DNA of 51,613 bases from an uncultured Legionellales bacterium. GTDB lineage: Bacteria; Pseudomonadota; Gammaproteobacteria; PIVX01. Below, piece after piece: positions 39,819 to 50,282 of this stretch. Location of the stretch: contig CAYGTQ010000004.1 of assembly GCA_964352915.1 (NCBI GenBank), positions 1 to 51,613 of the forward strand, read 5' to 3'. Each line of letters starts with the position of its first letter. Within the stretch, counting starts at the first letter, position 1. A model generated the notes under the pieces. That model saw only the letters and a program-made list of their open reading frames with translations. It was not told where the DNA came from and did not search any database. A program made the translations under genes and the position numbers.

Positions 39819-40922
39819 TCATGACCTGGCGCCATAAGATTCAGCAAGTAACAGCAAAACTCTCAGAAAAGCATTGACAGAAGCCAGGGGGGCTGATTCT
39901 TCCATGGTATGATAGCCAGAAGTGGGTACTTGCAGCGTTGTGCCATCGACTAGCCCATTAGAGGCGTGGATAATACGCCCAAGCTCTGTTGACCCCAAAG
40001 ACAGTGGCATGTCACCTTGCTCAATACGAGCAAGGTTAATACCTTCTAGATAGCTGTCTTTGTAAAGCGTTGAAATATTATGTGAATTGCATATTTTATC
40101 TATTGCTTTGCTCATATTAGTATTAAAAGAGGCATTAGCATCCTTGTTTCTCAATACCAAATCCTGCTCTTTGGCTTTTTCAAAATCGAAAAATGGGCTG
40201 GTATCTACCACTAGAAGTTGATTGGTATCTTTACCAAATCTACGAAACCATTCCAGAAGATAACGCCAACTTTTGCCGGACTCCTCTTCAGCTGTAAAAA
40301 AAGCAGTCCCTTGGAAGCCTTGCTCAAATAAATAAACCAAAGCCGCCACGCTTAAAACATTATCAAGCTGCCCTTTGATGGATTCATCTGCTATCACCAA
40401 TTTATCGGTAAATGCAACAGGTACTCCTGCTTGCAAATGCGCCAAACCTTCTAATTCAAAAATCAAATTATGACGCAATTCACAGATATAAGATTGAGAT
40501 ATGCTTCCTTTACCAAGATAAGTGCCTGACCACGGCTCATAAGCAAAAACATCAGTTTTATGAAAGCGATCAATGATTTTTCGAAGCATACTTTCATCAA
40601 CAGAATTACCTAATAAGTCCGAACGCATGCCCGCAATAAAAGCCGCATATTGAAACTCGTCAGGGCCAGTACAGATCAAGCCATGCCTATCACAGTGAGC
40701 CGAAAGATATAAACTATCTGGCTTATGTCCTTGTGCTACCAGAACACCCTCATACCAAGTTACAAATGCTCCCCTCTCTTCAAGCTCTCGTTGTAGCACA
40801 CGGAAGAATGAATGCTCAGCTCCGACAACGGAAGGATTCCTTATAAGCATAGCTAGCACATCAACAAATGCTCTGGGTAAGGGGCCATGTTTTGAATTGT
40901 TTGGATCAAGCGGGTAGTCCAT
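39819..40922 (-). CDS. Dimetal peptidase, M42/M20/M28 superfamily
   Basis: SAHCDRHG, GQLDN, AEEESG, VDT and GYHT metal/catalytic motifs; start placed at ATG 40922 (AAGGA RBS) rather than 41039. Confidence 0.82.
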   Translation of the reverse strand: MDYPLDPNNSKHGPLPRAFVDVLAMLIRNPSVVGAEHSFFRVLQRELEERGAFVTWYEGVLVAQGHKPDSLYLSAHCDRHGLICTGPDEFQYAAFIAGMRSDLLGNSVDESMLRKIIDRFHKTDVFAYEPWSGTYLGKGSISQSYICELRHNLIFELEGLAHLQAGVPVAFTDKLVIADESIKGQLDNVLSVAALVYLFEQGFQGTAFFTAEEESGKSWRYLLEWFRRFGKDTNQLLVVDTSPFFDFEKAKEQDLVLRNKDANASFNTNMSKAIDKICNSHNISTLYKDSYLEGINLARIEQGDMPLSLGSTELGRIIHASNGLVDGTTLQVPTSGYHTMEESAPLASVNAFLRVLLLLAESYGARS

Positions 40923-41732
40923 TAGACATCCTTTAAACATTATGGTCCTAAGAATTTTCACGTGGTTGGCATTATACCATACTAGCCCATAATAGAAATT
41001 AAAAACATCTTCTAAAGGACAAGGTTCATCAATCCACACTTATCACTAGGTTATGATTATCGAGAATTTTTATTGCCTATGTGCTTTTTAAAAATTTATA
41101 TCACTGATAATTAGGTGGTTGTATGCGTGGAGATGTTAAAAAACAGAATCATGACATGTTTAATTTTGTTAACATGGGTACTTGACTTTGGTTTCTATCA
41201 AACTGAAAAATCTTGCAGACAAAAGAGGGTATCTTTCTGATGCATTTCTACTCTATTTCTACTCATTTAATTCCAAGCATGTGCAATTTCAAGATGGTGA
41301 ATTATTGATGCAAACGGTTATCGTCATAGCGCGGACCATAAAACTCTAGGAACCATCGATTTTTTTACAGTTAAACCTCATAGATAACATCATTATTGGA
41401 CCACCAACCCGCAGAAAAAATGCTAGCTATAAGCAGGTTCTGGATTTACTATAGCAGCAAATATGGATTAATTAAAACTCGCTATGCATACATATTGCAC
41501 CAATCGTGCCTGTTTAATACGGCTAGGACATGCTATCAGTCAACTTATAAACGCTTTACAGTTTTGTGCGTATAATAAAAACTTGATTGATTACCAGCAA
41601 CCGACAAATACCCAACTATTCTTATTCCATAAGAGCTATTTGCATCGAATACAAACGATGTGCTTTTGAACTAACTAGAATGCAAAGTAATTTAGTGCAA
41701 GGCTAACCAATGAACGATATGGGGATATATTT

Positions 41733-42647
41733 ATGAAAATTGGAATACTATCAAGAAATGCCAAGCTTTATTCAACCAAACGTTTGGTTGAAGCCTCAGA
41801 GAAGCGTGGACACGAAGTTAGGGTGGTAGATGCGCTACGTTGCTATATGAACATCACTTCAAGTAAACCAACTGTCTATTACAAAAACCGTGGCAACAAA
41901 GATATTCTTAAATTTGATGCCATTATTCCACGGATCGGTGCATCAATTACAAATTATGGTACTGCGGTTTTAAGACAGTTTGAAGTTGGCAACACTTATT
42001 CCATTAATGAGTCCATAGCTATTTCACGCTCCAGAGATAAATTACGTGCTCATCAACTGCTTGCTCGAAAAAAAATTGATATGCCAATTACGGGGTATGC
42101 AAATCGCGCTGATGCTACAGAAGATTTAATCGAGTTTGTAGGAGGAGCCCCTCTCATAGTAAAAGTGATTAACAGCACTCAAGGAAGAGGAGTATTAATG
42201 GCTGAAACTAATAAAGCTGCCGAAAGCTTGATTAACGCTTTTCGTGATTTACAAACTGAATTTCTGGTGCAGGAATTTATAAAAGAAGCCGATGGGGCTG
42301 ACATACGATGTTTTGTTATTGGAGATAAAGTTATTGCTGCAATGCGCCGCACAGCTAAAGATGGTGATTTTCGTTCAAATTTACATATGGGCGGGACTGC
42401 AGAAATTATAAAATTAAAACCTGATGAGCGTGCATTAGCTATCAAGGCTGCTAAAGTTATGGGCTTGGATGTTGCCGGTGTTGATATCATACGCGCTACC
42501 CGCGGGCCATTAGCTTTGGAGGTAAACTCTTCTCCAGGACTGCAAGGGATCGAAGCAGCTACAGGCAAAGATGTAGCGGGAGCTATTATTGAATACATAG
42601 AAAAAGATTCAAAGAAGGGGCCTAATAAAACAACAGGACAAGGCTAG
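41733..42647 (+). CDS. rimK: Alpha-L-glutamate ligase RimK (ATP-grasp)
   Basis: [65 protein letters not shown]. Confidence 0.96.
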   Translation: MKIGILSRNAKLYSTKRLVEASEKRGHEVRVVDALRCYMNITSSKPTVYYKNRGNKDILKFDAIIPRIGASITNYGTAVLRQFEVGNTYSINESIAISRSRDKLRAHQLLARKKIDMPITGYANRADATEDLIEFVGGAPLIVKVINSTQGRGVLMAETNKAAESLINAFRDLQTEFLVQEFIKEADGADIRCFVIGDKVIAAMRRTAKDGDFRSNLHMGGTAEIIKLKPDERALAIKAAKVMGLDVAGVDIIRATRGPLALEVNSSPGLQGIEAATGKDVAGAIIEYIEKDSKKGPNKTTGQG

Positions 42648-42648
42648 C

Positions 42649-43680
42649 ATGATCAATAAGAACCAAAAATTAGTCATTGGAGGCATTCATATTGAACCAG
42701 GAACTAGGACTCAGATTGAGTTGCCCGTGGCCAAATTATTTGATTATACTGAAATGAGCATTCCTGTTGAAATCATTCGCGGCAAAGAAGATGGGCCGAT
42801 TCTCTTTCTGTCTGCGGCTATCCATGGTGATGAAATTAATGGCATAGAATCTATAAAAAGAATGCTATCAAAAAGAAAAGCTTTCTCAAAACTAAAAGGG
42901 ACGCTCATTGCAGTCCCCATTGTTAATATTTTTGGGTTTAATAGAAACATTCGCTATCTTCCTGATCGTAGAGATTTAAACAGGTGCTTTCCTGGTTCAG
43001 CCAATGGCTCTTTAGGTGGTCAAATTGCTAAAATTTTTATGGATGAGATTGTCAACAAATGCACACACGGCATTGATTTGCATACAGCTGCGATTAACCG
43101 CACTAATCTACCTCAAATAAGAGCCTGCCTTGACGACTCAGAAACAAAACGCTTAGCTCTGAACTTTGGAGTTCCTGTGGTTTTAAATTCTGATTTGAGA
43201 GATGGCTCATTGCGGCAAGCAGCTTTGGAGAAGGGAATACCTATGTTGTTGTTTGAAGGTGGTCAAGCTTTGCGCTACGAAGAAAAAATCATAAAATCTA
43301 CGATCAAAGGTATTTTATCCGTGATGCAATCCATTGGTATGATCGAAGGAGAAATAATTACACTGAAGCAGAGAAAAAAAGAAGTTTTTATTGCGCATTC
43401 GAGTCACTGGATCCGCGCTCCGCATAGTGGTAGCCTTAGCATAAGAAAGAAAATAGGCGGCAGGGTAGAAAAGAACGAGTTACTTGGAGTTCTATCAAAT
43501 CCATTTGGCGGAGATAAGATTGAAGTTCGAGCAAAGAAGACAGGTATAATTATTGGCGTTACACTGATGCCTTTGGTTAATAACGGGGATGCATTGTTTC
43601 ATGTCGCAACATTTGATGACTCTGAAGCAGTTGAAGAGCGTGTTGATTTATTTGATGAAATGTTAGGGATAGAGAGTTAG
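42649..43680 (+). CDS. Succinylglutamate desuccinylase/aspartoacylase (AstE/AspA) family protein
   Basis: HGDEING, RDLNRCFPG, DLHT, FEGG, C-terminal biotinyl-like barrel; starts 1 nt after the rimK stop. Confidence 0.93.
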   Translation: MINKNQKLVIGGIHIEPGTRTQIELPVAKLFDYTEMSIPVEIIRGKEDGPILFLSAAIHGDEINGIESIKRMLSKRKAFSKLKGTLIAVPIVNIFGFNRNIRYLPDRRDLNRCFPGSANGSLGGQIAKIFMDEIVNKCTHGIDLHTAAINRTNLPQIRACLDDSETKRLALNFGVPVVLNSDLRDGSLRQAALEKGIPMLLFEGGQALRYEEKIIKSTIKGILSVMQSIGMIEGEIITLKQRKKEVFIAHSSHWIRAPHSGSLSIRKKIGGRVEKNELLGVLSNPFGGDKIEVRAKKTGIIIGVTLMPLVNNGDALFHVATFDDSEAVEERVDLFDEMLGIES

Positions 43681-44323
43681 GCATGCATTGCGAAAAGAAT
43701 TTAATAGGTTGCTAAAAAATACATCGCTCATGCCAGAATCATTAATAAATAGCTGTCCTTGTACGTGGTTATTGCTTTTAAGCATAATACTGTCAAGGCC
43801 TAAAAGTGACCATCTAGTAAAAGTCATGCTAAAATTTACACTTAACAACCTTGCAAAAATACCCGTGTGCAGTATAAATTTTTTGGCCACCTTCGTCATT
43901 ATGAGGCTTGAAAAGAGGTTATCTCCCAATGGCTCTGTTCATTTAGGGTTTAGTCTAAAGAGATTATTTCTCAACTGTATAAAAAATACCGCTGTTCTCG
44001 ACCATGATTGCAGGTGGATAAAATCTCTTGGTGCGTTTTATGCTTATATTATTTCTCGTGGCAACCAACATCATATTGATTCAAATCAATTACTGCTTAA
44101 GAACCGCTTGCTCAGTAACATCTATGCTCGGACCCCGCAGGCATATGAATCACACCGCTCACCCCGATACTTTGGATACAAATCAATACATTCAAACGAT
44201 GAATTTGGCGTGATGCTTTAATCGATAAAACCTGGAGGTAAAAAGTGGTATTCCATCAAATATATACGGTGTATTTAAACATATTGCCCCCGCAAAGTGT
44301 GGTAAGTATAAAGAGGCAAGCTT

Positions 44324-45631
44324 ATGGAAGATAGTTCATTTTTAATGTCCATTTTATCTGTCCTGGGTTTGATATTGTTGTCGGCTTTCTTTTCATGTTC
44401 TGAGACAGGTATAACTTGTATTACACGAGCAAAAATTCATAAACTGAAAATGGAAGGTAATAAGCGAGCAATCGCTCTAAGCAAGTTACGCGAAGATAAA
44501 GAGAGGCTGATTGGCGCCATTCTTTTGGGCAATAATATAGTAAATATTGCAGCCTCAGCCATCGCAACAGCACTAGCCATTCGTTATATAGGCGAAAGCG
44601 GAGTGGCGTATGCTACTGCTGTGATGACCATACTGGTTTTAGTGTTTGCCGAAGTCCTGCCAAAGACCTATGCTGTACGCAATGCAGAAAAAGTTGCGCT
44701 TTTCGTTGTTCCTATATTTGTGCTCATAACAAAAGTGCTTTCTCCCTTTACTAAGGCTGTACAAGGGATTGTCAATGCTACGCTTGGCATGTTTTCAAGT
44801 GAGGCAACTGAAAGCATGAGCGGCGTTGAAGTGTTGCGTGGCGCCGTTGACATGTACCACGAAGAAGGTAATGTATTAAAAGAAGACAAAGATATGCTGA
44901 GAGGCATTCTTGATCTTGAAGCAATTGAAATTGAAGATATTATGATACATCGTAGTGATATGGTCTCAGTTAATATTGATGCGCCAATCAAAACAATTTT
45001 TCGTGATATTGCCAAGAGTTCATATTCACGTGTTCCTCTATGGAAAGGTTCTCCAGAGAACATTGTTGGGGTCGTTCATACAAAAGATATATTTAAAGCG
45101 CTAGAAAATCATGCAGGTGATTTAGACAAGCTTGATATAAAAACACTACTGCAAAAACCATGGTTCGTGCCTAAAACCACTACGCTCAAAAATCAGCTAA
45201 AGGCTTTTCGCGATAACCATCGTCATTTTGCTTTAGTTGTTGACGACTTTGGTAGCATCAATGGTTTAGTAACGCTTGAAGATATCATAGAAGAGATTGT
45301 CGGAGATATAGAAGATGAACATGATGAGCCAAATCACTCACGTATCCGTAAATATAAAAATGGCACGTATAATGTTGATGGAGATGTAAGCATACGTGAT
45401 TTGAATCGAGAAATGGGATGGATCTTGTCTGATGACGATGCCACCACGGTCGCAGGGTTGGTTCTTTCTTCTGCTCAACGCATACCAGAAATAGATGAAA
45501 CATTCGAAGTACAAAATTTTTTATTTAAAGTATTGAAAAAAGAAGGCGCTCAGATAACACGTATTCAGATTCGCGAACCAAAAAAGACCACATTGGATAA
45601 AACAGAAAAATCTGGCAACGACATTACCTGA
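44324..45631 (+). CDS. HlyC/CorC-family (CNNM/DUF21 + CBS pair + CorC_HlyC) transporter
   Basis: SAFFSCSET, ILLGNNIVN, FAEVLPK, YSRVP, VVDDFG..GLVTLEDIIEEIVG.I.DE.D. Confidence 0.93.
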   Translation: MEDSSFLMSILSVLGLILLSAFFSCSETGITCITRAKIHKLKMEGNKRAIALSKLREDKERLIGAILLGNNIVNIAASAIATALAIRYIGESGVAYATAVMTILVLVFAEVLPKTYAVRNAEKVALFVVPIFVLITKVLSPFTKAVQGIVNATLGMFSSEATESMSGVEVLRGAVDMYHEEGNVLKEDKDMLRGILDLEAIEIEDIMIHRSDMVSVNIDAPIKTIFRDIAKSSYSRVPLWKGSPENIVGVVHTKDIFKALENHAGDLDKLDIKTLLQKPWFVPKTTTLKNQLKAFRDNHRHFALVVDDFGSINGLVTLEDIIEEIVGDIEDEHDEPNHSRIRKYKNGTYNVDGDVSIRDLNREMGWILSDDDATTVAGLVLSSAQRIPEIDETFEVQNFLFKVLKKEGAQITRIQIREPKKTTLDKTEKSGNDIT

Positions 45632-46060
45632 ATTTTTCGTCCAACATTCTAAAATTGCATTTGAAAACCTTTTAGGAGATGCTAGATAGGCTGCCTTGTA
45701 ATTGGCTGCGATTTATTGCAAGAGCTTATGCTTTTGCATGATATAGACCTAAATACATTCTTAATAGATTATACACAGATAACTCTTCATAGAGAGTCAG
45801 TAGCGCCAGAGGCGATTTTATAATAGGATGTAAACATATGCAGGCAAAAATCTTCAATGAAAAGTTTTGCCTATGCTCACAACCAGAGGTAAAAAACATT
45901 GTTTGGGAAGCTGAGATCAACACCTATGCTTCAGGCAACCCACACTGTCCTTATTTGACCATTTATTCCACATTGCATTGGCCCCATGGAATAGAATACG
46001 TTTATAGCTCTTGCGCCAACGCATGCTACAACACAACTGTCCTCCATAAGGAACCTAAAT

Positions 46061-46912
46061 ATGAATAAAATAAGCACATTTAATTGGCAAGAATCATTAA
46101 GTCAGACTTATGAGGTCGTTGTTAAACAATTTATCGAAATAGCCCCACAGTTACTGGGAGCAATTGCCCTGTTAATAGCCGGCTGGATTGCTGCTTGTGC
46201 TATGCAAGCAGCAGCAAAAAAACTCGTGGAAGGTCTTGACTCATTATTCAAACGTGCTGCAACAATAGACGGAGCCAAACAGGAAAGAATGAAACGTTCC
46301 TATGCAGTGATTATTGGTAAGTTAATCTTTTGGATCATCATGCTATTTTTTATCACGGCTGCAGGAAATATGCTGGGCTGGAAGATGTTTTCTGGCTGGA
46401 TGGACAGCATTATCAATTATTTACCCAATCTGATCACAGGCCTGTTGATTATTCTTGCAGGTTTCCTCCTAGGTAATGGAATAAGAACAACTATCATCAG
46501 CACAGCCGATGCGACTGGTGTAGAACAAAGCAAACTGTTAGGACGAACTGTCCAAATGCTTGTATTTCTGACTGCCATTATTGTCGGAGCCAGTCAAACC
46601 GGTATAAACGTTGGCCTTTTAAGCAATATCCTCATTATCACCATTGCTGTACTACTTGCTGGCGGGGCGCTGGCATTTGGTTTGGGCGCAAAAACACTTA
46701 TTGCCAATATTATAGGCGCTCAATATATGCGAAAGCATTGCCGCATAGGCGAAGAAATAATCATTGGAGAAGCGCATGGTGTTATTGCAGAGGTAACAGA
46801 AACATCCATTGTACTTGATACAGATGGTCGACGAACGGTAGTTCCTGCAAAGAATTTTCATGAATGCGTTTCTCATTTTTTTTCAGACAATGAACATTCT
46901 AATGAAATTTGA
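46061..46912 (+). CDS. Small MscS-family protein with conserved TM-helix repeats
   Basis: Two TM-helix repeats (APQLLGAIALLIAGW; LPNLITGLLIILAG), ALAFGLG...NIIG, IGEEI..GVI.EV beta domain. Confidence 0.85.
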   Translation: MNKISTFNWQESLSQTYEVVVKQFIEIAPQLLGAIALLIAGWIAACAMQAAAKKLVEGLDSLFKRAATIDGAKQERMKRSYAVIIGKLIFWIIMLFFITAAGNMLGWKMFSGWMDSIINYLPNLITGLLIILAGFLLGNGIRTTIISTADATGVEQSKLLGRTVQMLVFLTAIIVGASQTGINVGLLSNILIITIAVLLAGGALAFGLGAKTLIANIIGAQYMRKHCRIGEEIIIGEAHGVIAEVTETSIVLDTDGRRTVVPAKNFHECVSHFFSDNEHSNEI

Positions 46913-46927
46913 AATGAATACATTATA

Positions 46928-47761
46928 ATGATTGACAAAAAAATAGATTTGGCATTAGCTTTCTTAGAAAGAAAACCTAGTGCTGCTGCAAGAACATTGG
47001 AACAACAACCTATGGAAGAAGTTGCATGTTTTTTAAATGAGCTCCCCTGCGCATGCGCTTCACCAATGTTAGCCCAAATGCTACCTCAATATGCAGCAAG
47101 AATTTTTTTGCAGCTAGATCCAAAGCTCTGCGCAGGGTTTCTAGACGAAATGGAGGTGAGTCAAATAGCCGCTATTCTACGTTACTCCAAACAGAATGTG
47201 CGAAATAAGATCCTAAGCTTTATTTCCGAAAAATCTAAGATTGCCTGCAAGTTACTCTTAAACTACTCCGAAGATTCTGTAGGAGCATGGATGACAACTC
47301 AGGTGGCAGCATTACCTGATTGCTCTGTAGATGATGCTTTGAAGCGACTAACCACTGAAGAGATTTCTATTGATGTCAGTACACTCTATGTAATTGATAG
47401 TGAAAGGCATTTACAAGGCTCAATCAGCGCAGCTGATTTGCTGCGCGCTGATTTAAATGCCCCCATCATGTCGGTGATGCAAAAAAAGACGGCTGTATTA
47501 CAAGGGCGCTCATCCCTATTTTCTATACAAGACCATCAAGGATGGAAGACGCTTGACACTCTCCCTGTTCTTAATAGAAATCACCAATTAGTTGGGGTAC
47601 TGCGCCACATTGATTTAAGAAAAGGCTTAGAGCAAATTGCAACCACAGTTAAAGTTCATAAGAATGGAGACTTTATTAGTAATATTTGTGAAGTATATGG
47701 AAGAACTCTGCTGGCTCTCTTTAGCTCAGTGGGTGAAATGACTAATGCGAAAAAAGAATAG
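46928..47761 (+). CDS. Stand-alone MgtE-like cytosolic protein (MgtE_N + CBS pair, no TM domain)
   Basis: AAARTLE helical repeats, LLNYSEDSVGAWM, CBS motifs LYVID..LQG and LPVLN...LVG. Confidence 0.8.
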   Translation: MIDKKIDLALAFLERKPSAAARTLEQQPMEEVACFLNELPCACASPMLAQMLPQYAARIFLQLDPKLCAGFLDEMEVSQIAAILRYSKQNVRNKILSFISEKSKIACKLLLNYSEDSVGAWMTTQVAALPDCSVDDALKRLTTEEISIDVSTLYVIDSERHLQGSISAADLLRADLNAPIMSVMQKKTAVLQGRSSLFSIQDHQGWKTLDTLPVLNRNHQLVGVLRHIDLRKGLEQIATTVKVHKNGDFISNICEVYGRTLLALFSSVGEMTNAKKE

Positions 47762-47772
47762 GCAAAATAACC

Positions 47773-49098
47773 ATGGCAACTAAAGAAACATCAGCAAGCA
47801 ATCTCTTAGATGCTTTAAAAAAAACATTCTTACTCAATTATCCAACAGAGGCCGCACGCGCAATAGAAATCATGCTGCCGCAAGATGCTGCTGAAGCCTT
47901 AGATGATCAACCAATTTATGTTCTGGAACGGGTTTGTTCGAATCTTGCGCCCGGAATTATGGATGAAGTGTTATTAAAATTATCAGAGGAAAAGGCAAAA
48001 AACCTCTTAATGGCAATGGATGCAGGACCAAGCGCAGCATTAATAAGTCGGCTTGGTTCAGAAAAACAAGAGTATTTTCTTTCTTTATTAGACCAGTCTA
48101 TAACTGAAGAGCTGCGAGAATTGTTAGCGTATCCTGACAATACTGCTGGTAAATTAATGGACACAAAAGTTACTGCGTTTCATGAGGACATCACTGTAGA
48201 GAATGCGATAAAACAATTGAAAAATCAGAAAGTTCAAGCACTAAATCATTTATTCTTGATAGACAGCCGTATGTGTCTAAAAGGTCAGGTAGATATGCAA
48301 AAAATTGCACTGGCGGAAAACAATCAAAAGCTTTCCTCAATTTCTGAACCAATTCATGCTTATGCGACCTTGCTTGAACCCAAAGATGAAGTGATAGGAA
48401 AACTGCAAAAACTTAATATCGCTGTCATTCCTGTGGTTGATGGCAATAATCGCCTTGTGGGAGTGATTCAAGAAAGCAATCTTATTGAAACGCTGAAGGA
48501 AGCTATTGCATCTGATATACAAACCATGGTTGGTGTGAGCAAAGATGAGCATGCCTTATCGAGCGCATGGTTTGCTGTTAAAAAACGCCAGCTTTGGCTA
48601 CAAGTCAATCTGCTTACGGCATTCATGGCTGCTGGTGTGGTAGGTATGTTTGAAGATACAATTGCAAAATATACAGCACTCGCCATTCTTCTACCGATTG
48701 CCGCAGGTCAATCCGGTAATACGGGCGCACAATCCTTAGCTGTCACCATGCGTGGGCTGACATTGCGAGAAATTACTGTAAGACACTGGTTGCGTGTTAC
48801 CATTAAAGAAGCGGGAGCCGCTGCAATTAATGGTGCAGCCATCGCCCTGACATGCAGTATTGGAGTCTATTTTTGGAGTGGTAATCATGGTCTTGCATTA
48901 ATTATTGCTCTCGCTATGATTTCATCCATGATTTTAGCCGCCGTAGCAGGTGCTCTTGTGCCAATTATTCTAAAGCGTATGGGACAAGATCCTGCTTTAT
49001 CGTCATCTATTATTCTGACAACCGTGACGGACATTGCTGGCTTTATGTCTTTCTTAGGCATTGCTTCCTCACTTTCTTATATGTTGGATGCAGCTTAA
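47773..49098 (+). CDS. mgtE: Magnesium transporter MgtE
   Basis: MgtE_N, LLAYPDNTAGKLM, CBS pair, R..WL.VNL, P...GQSGNTGAQ, DPA..S...TTVTD pore Asp. Confidence 0.92.
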   Translation: MATKETSASNLLDALKKTFLLNYPTEAARAIEIMLPQDAAEALDDQPIYVLERVCSNLAPGIMDEVLLKLSEEKAKNLLMAMDAGPSAALISRLGSEKQEYFLSLLDQSITEELRELLAYPDNTAGKLMDTKVTAFHEDITVENAIKQLKNQKVQALNHLFLIDSRMCLKGQVDMQKIALAENNQKLSSISEPIHAYATLLEPKDEVIGKLQKLNIAVIPVVDGNNRLVGVIQESNLIETLKEAIASDIQTMVGVSKDEHALSSAWFAVKKRQLWLQVNLLTAFMAAGVVGMFEDTIAKYTALAILLPIAAGQSGNTGAQSLAVTMRGLTLREITVRHWLRVTIKEAGAAAINGAAIALTCSIGVYFWSGNHGLALIIALAMISSMILAAVAGALVPIILKRMGQDPALSSSIILTTVTDIAGFMSFLGIASSLSYMLDAA

Positions 49099-49384
49099 TT
49101 TGTACCATAAATTTTCTATTAACATGCTGCGGTTGTTTTAGGTTGCTCCAGGCCACATGTTTCCCTGAATGGACCAATACCAGTGTTTTCCTTTATATGA
49201 AGTGGTTATATTTTTTAGAATTCCTAGAATATTTTAAGCTTTAAAAAGCCAAGCCTGCTAATTTTGAGAAAATATATTCTTCTATTATCAATCTTAAATT
49301 CTCGAAAATACCTAAATGAATCATGGATGCCTTTCAACAGAAAATAGGCATGTTCTACTTTGTGGCACAATGGATGCTCTTGAC

Positions 49385-49807
49385 TTACAAAGGAGCTGAT
49401 TGACACTTTGGACAGAGCCCATAGATATTTAAGGCATGATCGTGCATTTCAAATCCATGAGTTTTGGCAATGTTCAATTGACGCTCTTCTATCATCTCAT
49501 CACGAAACTCTTCTATCTGACCACAACGCATGCAGACAAGATGATCATGATGCTCTCCCTGATTCAACTCAAAAGTAGAATGCCCTTCTTCGAAATGATG
49601 TCTGACCACCAACCCAGCTGCTTCAAATTGAGTCAATACACGATACACTGTCGCCAAACCTACATCATGTCCCGCATCACGCAATTGCCGATAAATGGCT
49701 TCGGCCGTTAAATGACGTTCTTTAGGTTGCGATAATATGGCCAGAATCTTAGTACGAGGTACTGTGACCTTGAGCCCAACTTTTTTCAACTGTTCAAGGT
49801 TACTCAT
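49385..49807 (-). CDS. fur: Ferric uptake regulator
   Basis: GLKVTVPR, HLTAE, GLATVYRVL.QFE, HHDHLVCMRC, CPKC; start placed at ATG 49807 (track extends to 49834). Confidence 0.96.
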   Translation of the reverse strand: MSNLEQLKKVGLKVTVPRTKILAILSQPKERHLTAEAIYRQLRDAGHDVGLATVYRVLTQFEAAGLVVRHHFEEGHSTFELNQGEHHDHLVCMRCGQIEEFRDEMIEERQLNIAKTHGFEMHDHALNIYGLCPKCQSAPL

Positions 49808-49949
49808 TACCCTGGGCCCCGAGCCACATTGCATATTGGTTCAGATCTGATTAGAATACCATGGTAGCATAAACAACAAATTAAGTATAAAATTTGTTAA
49901 AATGACCCATTAACAGTTTAATCAGCAAACATTTGAGATTATCTTAGCC

Positions 49950-50282
49950 ATGTTGATAAAAAAATTAAGTATTGCCTGCCTGCTCGTGCTCACGCTAAAT
50001 GCCTGCGAATGGCACCAGCGCTTACAGGAAGATTTTAGGCAAGGGCAGTGGCTTAGAGAACAGCAAATCAACCAATTGTCCCATGGCATGTCACGCAATG
50101 ATGTGGCCCATCTGCTGGGCTCTCCCGTTAAGCAAAGCTTCGATGAGCACGAGTGGACTTATATGGAATACCATAAAAAGCGTGGTAAAGTTCTTGTGCA
50201 TCGTTACGTTAACTTGTTTTTTAACAGTTCCGGACGACTTCACAAAATCCAGCACAGCAAAACCATCAAGCCTAAATCCTAA
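49950..50282 (+). CDS. bamE: Outer membrane assembly lipoprotein BamE (SmpA/OmlA)
   Basis: Lipobox LNAC, QG....QL..GMS...V..LLGSP....W.Y; divergent from fur. Confidence 0.88.
   Translation: MLIKKLSIACLLVLTLNACEWHQRLQEDFRQGQWLREQQINQLSHGMSRNDVAHLLGSPVKQSFDEHEWTYMEYHKKRGKVLVHRYVNLFFNSSGRLHKIQHSKTIKPKS

Larger units (their letters stand above)
18819..49384. other. Accessory region (genomic-island-like) between recN and fur
   Basis: Separates recN and fur, which are close neighbours in many gammaproteobacteria. It is AT-richer than the flanks (spot counts: 26/60 GC at line 1201, 21/60 at 20581, 8/60 at 19921), with long intergenic gaps and pseudogenes. No integrase or att repeat seen. Confidence 0.7.

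Noticed and set aside
43663-44221. Overlapping ORFs 43688..44221 (+), 43663..43929 (-) and 44028..44213 (+)
   Set aside because: They conflict with each other, lack clear RBSs and motifs, and have atypical composition. The region may be a relic, but no call can be supported.
45726-46068. ORFs 45726..45923 (-) and 45838..46068 (+)
   Set aside because: Short and unrecognisable. 45838 has a weak AGGA RBS, but nothing else supports it.
18819-49384. CRISPR array, prophage, integron or IS-bounded transposon as explanation of the island
   Set aside because: No regularly spaced repeats, phage genes, integrase, transposase, attC-like series or terminal repeats were found by eye.
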